Positions 61,494 to 64,000 of a stretch of 64,000 bases of DNA are shown here, piece by piece. The DNA comes from an uncultured Coriobacteriia bacterium (GTDB lineage Bacteria; Actinomycetota; Coriobacteriia; Coriobacteriales; QAMH01). The notes under the pieces were generated by a model. It made no database searches. It was not told where the DNA came from and worked only from the letters and a program-made list of their open reading frames with translations. The first letter of the stretch is position 1. The number at the start of each line of letters is the position of its first letter. The translations under genes were made by a program, and so were the position numbers. The DNA is taken from the NCBI GenBank assembly GCA_959608885.1, contig CAUHSG010000003.1:2276-66275 (forward strand). Reading direction: 5' to 3'.

Positions 61494-61817
61494 CTAGGTA
61501 AAGAGCGCCATTTTTGGCTTGTCTAACTTGTCCTTCAGCTCTTCGAAGGTTCCGACGTAGATGCAGCCAGCTTGGCAATGTTGCATGCAGCTTGGGGCCT
61601 TGCCCGCGGCCTGCCGGGGTGCGCAGCGGTTGCAGCGGTCTGTGGGAACGGGAACGAACTCGTATTGCCACTTTCGCTCGCTGAGCTGGTCGGGACCGAT
61701 CTGATGCAGCTTGATGCCGTATTTGTCGGGCCCGAGGCCGTTTTCCTGCTGGCAGGCTATCTCACAGGTGTGGCAGCCGGAGCAGTACTCGTAGTCGATG
61801 GCGATCATCTGTCTCAT
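61494..61817 (-). CDS. small 8-Cys ferredoxin-like subunit (107 aa), partner of paralog E
   Basis: CSGCHTCEIAC plus CNRC-x11-CMQHC. It has the same architecture as the three plus-strand mini-ferredoxins and starts 6 nt after the upstream stop. Confidence 0.88.
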   Translation of the reverse strand: MRQMIAIDYEYCSGCHTCEIACQQENGLGPDKYGIKLHQIGPDQLSERKWQYEFVPVPTDRCNRCAPRQAAGKAPSCMQHCQAGCIYVGTFEELKDKLDKPKMALFT

Positions 61818-61823
61818 CTCTCG

Positions 61824-64000
61824 TCACTCCCCAATCTTCTCGATGCTGCAAAGCTGCGATTTGTACGAGGCACCCAATCCGACCTTGCCGGGGCGCATGG
61901 GAACCAGCTTGTTCACGTTGGACTCCATGACGCCGAAGAGCGTGCCGTCTTCCGGTCCCCGCTCCGGGAACCACCAGGCATGGTCAGCGGATACGGTGTC
62001 CTTGCGGATGCGTACGGTGAGGTGCGCCTTGTGCTTGCACGATCCGTACTGGTTTTCGAGCTTCACCCAGTCGCCTTCGTCGATGCCGTACTTCGCCGCG
62101 GTTTCGGGGTGAATCAGCACGGTCGGTTCCGGGTGCAGTCTGCGCATGGAAGGGCTCTGGCGATGTTCGGAGTGGAAGAAGCCCCAGGGGCGGGCGCCGG
62201 TCGTGAGCACCAGGGGGTACTTCTCGGCAAGTTCCGGGCAGGATACCGGGCTTTCCGGCGGCTCTTCGTAGTCTGCCAGAGGCGACAGGCCGAACTTGAC
62301 CATCTCGGGACAATAGAAGTTGTAGCGACCCGTCGACGTGGCAAACCCGACGCTTCCATCCCAGCGGAGCATGCCCTTCTCGTTCTTGTTGTACTCGAAC
62401 TCGGGATAGGCCCAGGTGCGCTCTCGCAGTTCCTCGTAGGTGTAGCCGGTATCGCGCAGCAGGTAGTCGTAGAAACCCTCCTCGTCATCCCACTGCTTGT
62501 ATTCGTCTGTCGTGAAGTGGCTTCCGACCTCGTAGATGATTCGCTGGTCGGACTTGCATTCGCCAAGGGGCTCGACGGCCTGGGCAATGGCGCCAAGGGC
62601 GTAGGGCTGGTGTCCTGTGATGCCGATGCGCTCGGCGAAGCACGCTGCGGGCAAGACGATGTCTGCGCATGCCAGTGCCGTCGGCGTCATGAACAGGTCC
62701 ACGACGACGTTGAAGTCCATGTTCTGCAGCGCCGGCAGAATGCGCTGGGGCTGGGCACCCATGCACGCGATGGCGTTGTTCTGCATCATGAACATCGCCT
62801 TGATGGGATAGGGCTCGCCGGTTTCCATCGCCTTGAGCAACATGTCGGGGCTGATTGCCGCCATCGCCTTGAGGGCCGGATAGTCGAAGTTCATGGTTCG
62901 GCCCTGGTCCTTCACGGGCTCCGAACACTCGGCCCACACCCTGTCACGCGGCATCCACGTCACGCTCATGTCCCATACCGGATTGGCGGCGACCATCGTG
63001 CCGGGCTTTTCGAAATTGCCCGTCAAGGCCATGAGGTCGAAGCAGGCCATGCCGGTGATGAAGCCCTCGGAAGTGTGGTCCATGGCCACGCCCCACTGCA
63101 GGCAGGCGTTCTTGGCGCGACCGAGCGCACAGGCAGCCTCGACTATCAGGTCCGCATCGACCCCGCAGGTCTCAGCTGCGAACTCGGGCGTGTATTTGGC
63201 GACGTTCTCCTTGAACTCATCGTATCCGTAGCACCAGTAGTCGATGAAGTGCTGGTCCTGCAGGTCGTTCTGGATGATGACGTTGCACATGGCGAGTGCG
63301 AGGGCGCAGTCCGTGCCGGGGCGCACCTGGAACCAGTATTCGGCCTTGCCGGCAAGCCAGGTAAGGGTGGGATCCATGACCATGAGCTTGCTGCCGCGTT
63401 TCATGCACTCGACGATCCAGTGGCCCAGGGTGCCGTCGGAGTTGGCGACCACGGGATTGTTGCCCCAGACCAGAATGTACTCGGGGCGTTCCCACTCGGG
63501 ATTATCGTAGCGGTCGGGGAAGAACTGCGAGTAGTCGCAGATGTAGAGGCCACCAGCCTTCAGGGCCGTGGAGAAGATGCGGGGCGCGTAGCATGCCTGG
63601 CCGGAGAGGAAACCCGTGCCGTAGTTGGGGGTGCCGAAGTACTGCGCCATGAGGGGTCCGTACCCGTTGATGTCTCGACCGGTTCCCTGGGTGACCCAGA
63701 TCGCCTCGGGGCCATAGGTATCGATGACCTTCTTCATCTCGCGTTCGATGATTTCGTATGCCTCGTCCCAGCTGATCTGGGTAAACGCGTTCTTGCCGCG
63801 GTCCTTCCTGTCCCGCTTCAGCGGATGGCGCAGACGGTCGGGATGGTAGAGCATTTCCTTGAAGGCGAGGCACCGCGGACACAGGCGACCTTGGTTGTAC
63901 GGGTTCTCGGGATCGCCCTCAATCTTCTCCAGGACGCCGTCTTTGACGTACATGAGAACACCGCAATTGTCGTGGCATCCCGGTCCCGAGCGCGCGTTCG
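61824..64000 (-). CDS. molybdopterin (bis-MGD) oxidoreductase catalytic subunit, paralog E (5' end beyond the right edge)
   Basis: The ORF-track M at 63953 is internal. The frame stays open to 64000 and reads ...SGPGCHDNCGVLMYVKDGVLEKIEGDPENPYNQGRLCPRC, which is the same N-terminal Cys motif region as paralogs A to D. Confidence 0.9.
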   Translation of the reverse strand, partial: NARSGPGCHDNCGVLMYVKDGVLEKIEGDPENPYNQGRLCPRCLAFKEMLYHPDRLRHPLKRDRKDRGKNAFTQISWDEAYEIIEREMKKVIDTYGPEAIWVTQGTGRDINGYGPLMAQYFGTPNYGTGFLSGQACYAPRIFSTALKAGGLYICDYSQFFPDRYDNPEWERPEYILVWGNNPVVANSDGTLGHWIVECMKRGSKLMVMDPTLTWLAGKAEYWFQVRPGTDCALALAMCNVIIQNDLQDQHFIDYWCYGYDEFKENVAKYTPEFAAETCGVDADLIVEAACALGRAKNACLQWGVAMDHTSEGFITGMACFDLMALTGNFEKPGTMVAANPVWDMSVTWMPRDRVWAECSEPVKDQGRTMNFDYPALKAMAAISPDMLLKAMETGEPYPIKAMFMMQNNAIACMGAQPQRILPALQNMDFNVVVDLFMTPTALACADIVLPAACFAERIGITGHQPYALGAIAQAVEPLGECKSDQRIIYEVGSHFTTDEYKQWDDEEGFYDYLLRDTGYTYEELRERTWAYPEFEYNKNEKGMLRWDGSVGFATSTGRYNFYCPEMVKFGLSPLADYEEPPESPVSCPELAEKYPLVLTTGARPWGFFHSEHRQSPSMRRLHPEPTVLIHPETAAKYGIDEGDWVKLENQYGSCKHKAHLTVRIRKDTVSADHAWWFPERGPEDGTLFGVMESNVNKLVPMRPGKVGLGASYKSQLCSIEKIGE

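Overview
This window is a chromosomal origin region from a high-GC anaerobe. The gene content looks Coriobacteriia/Eggerthellaceae-like, but that is an inference and no search was run.

The left ~9 kb holds the origin and partition core. It contains a dnaN fragment, dnaA, a DnaA-box cluster, rpmH-rnpA-yidD-yidC-jag-rsmG, two perfect parS sites, parA-parB and rlmN. By eye this block has lower GC than the rest of the window.

Positions 9-31 kb are mostly housekeeping:
- ddl, three tRNAs (two Ser, one Glu), purine nucleoside phosphorylase, moeA, larE, trigger factor and a SlyD-like FKBP
- an AmmeMemoRadiSam locus, an AI-2E transporter and exonuclease-DinG
- a HemN-like radical SAM protein and a PafBC-like pair of WYL regulators

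The right half (31-64 kb) is an accessory redox region:
- a multi-TM LuxR regulator flanked by two MFS transporters
- a tandem array of four paralogous cytoplasmic molybdopterin (bis-MGD) oxidoreductases; three have translationally coupled mini-ferredoxins, and a TorD-like chaperone, a DUF1883-like protein and an FKBP are embedded in the array
- two enoate-reductase-type flavoenzymes flanking an SDR
- a small low-GC islet with a DUF4143 ATPase and a higBA-like pair whose toxin is frameshifted
- a reverse-strand operon with a fifth molybdoenzyme plus ferredoxin and a pyrogallol-transhydroxylase-like alpha/beta pair

The candidates I consider most novel are:
- three unannotated small Cys-containing proteins immediately upstream of molybdoenzyme genes; two share the N-terminus MCFRP and a Pro/Ala/Gly-rich tail (strictly triplet-periodic P-x-A in the first)
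- the four-paralog molybdoenzyme array itself
- a GHKL-ATPase/HTH gene inserted between the DnaA-box cluster and dnaA
- two families of intergenic palindromic repeats

I saw no CRISPR array, rRNA, transposase, integrase or prophage. All homology calls come from recognising motifs in the translations; no database search was run.
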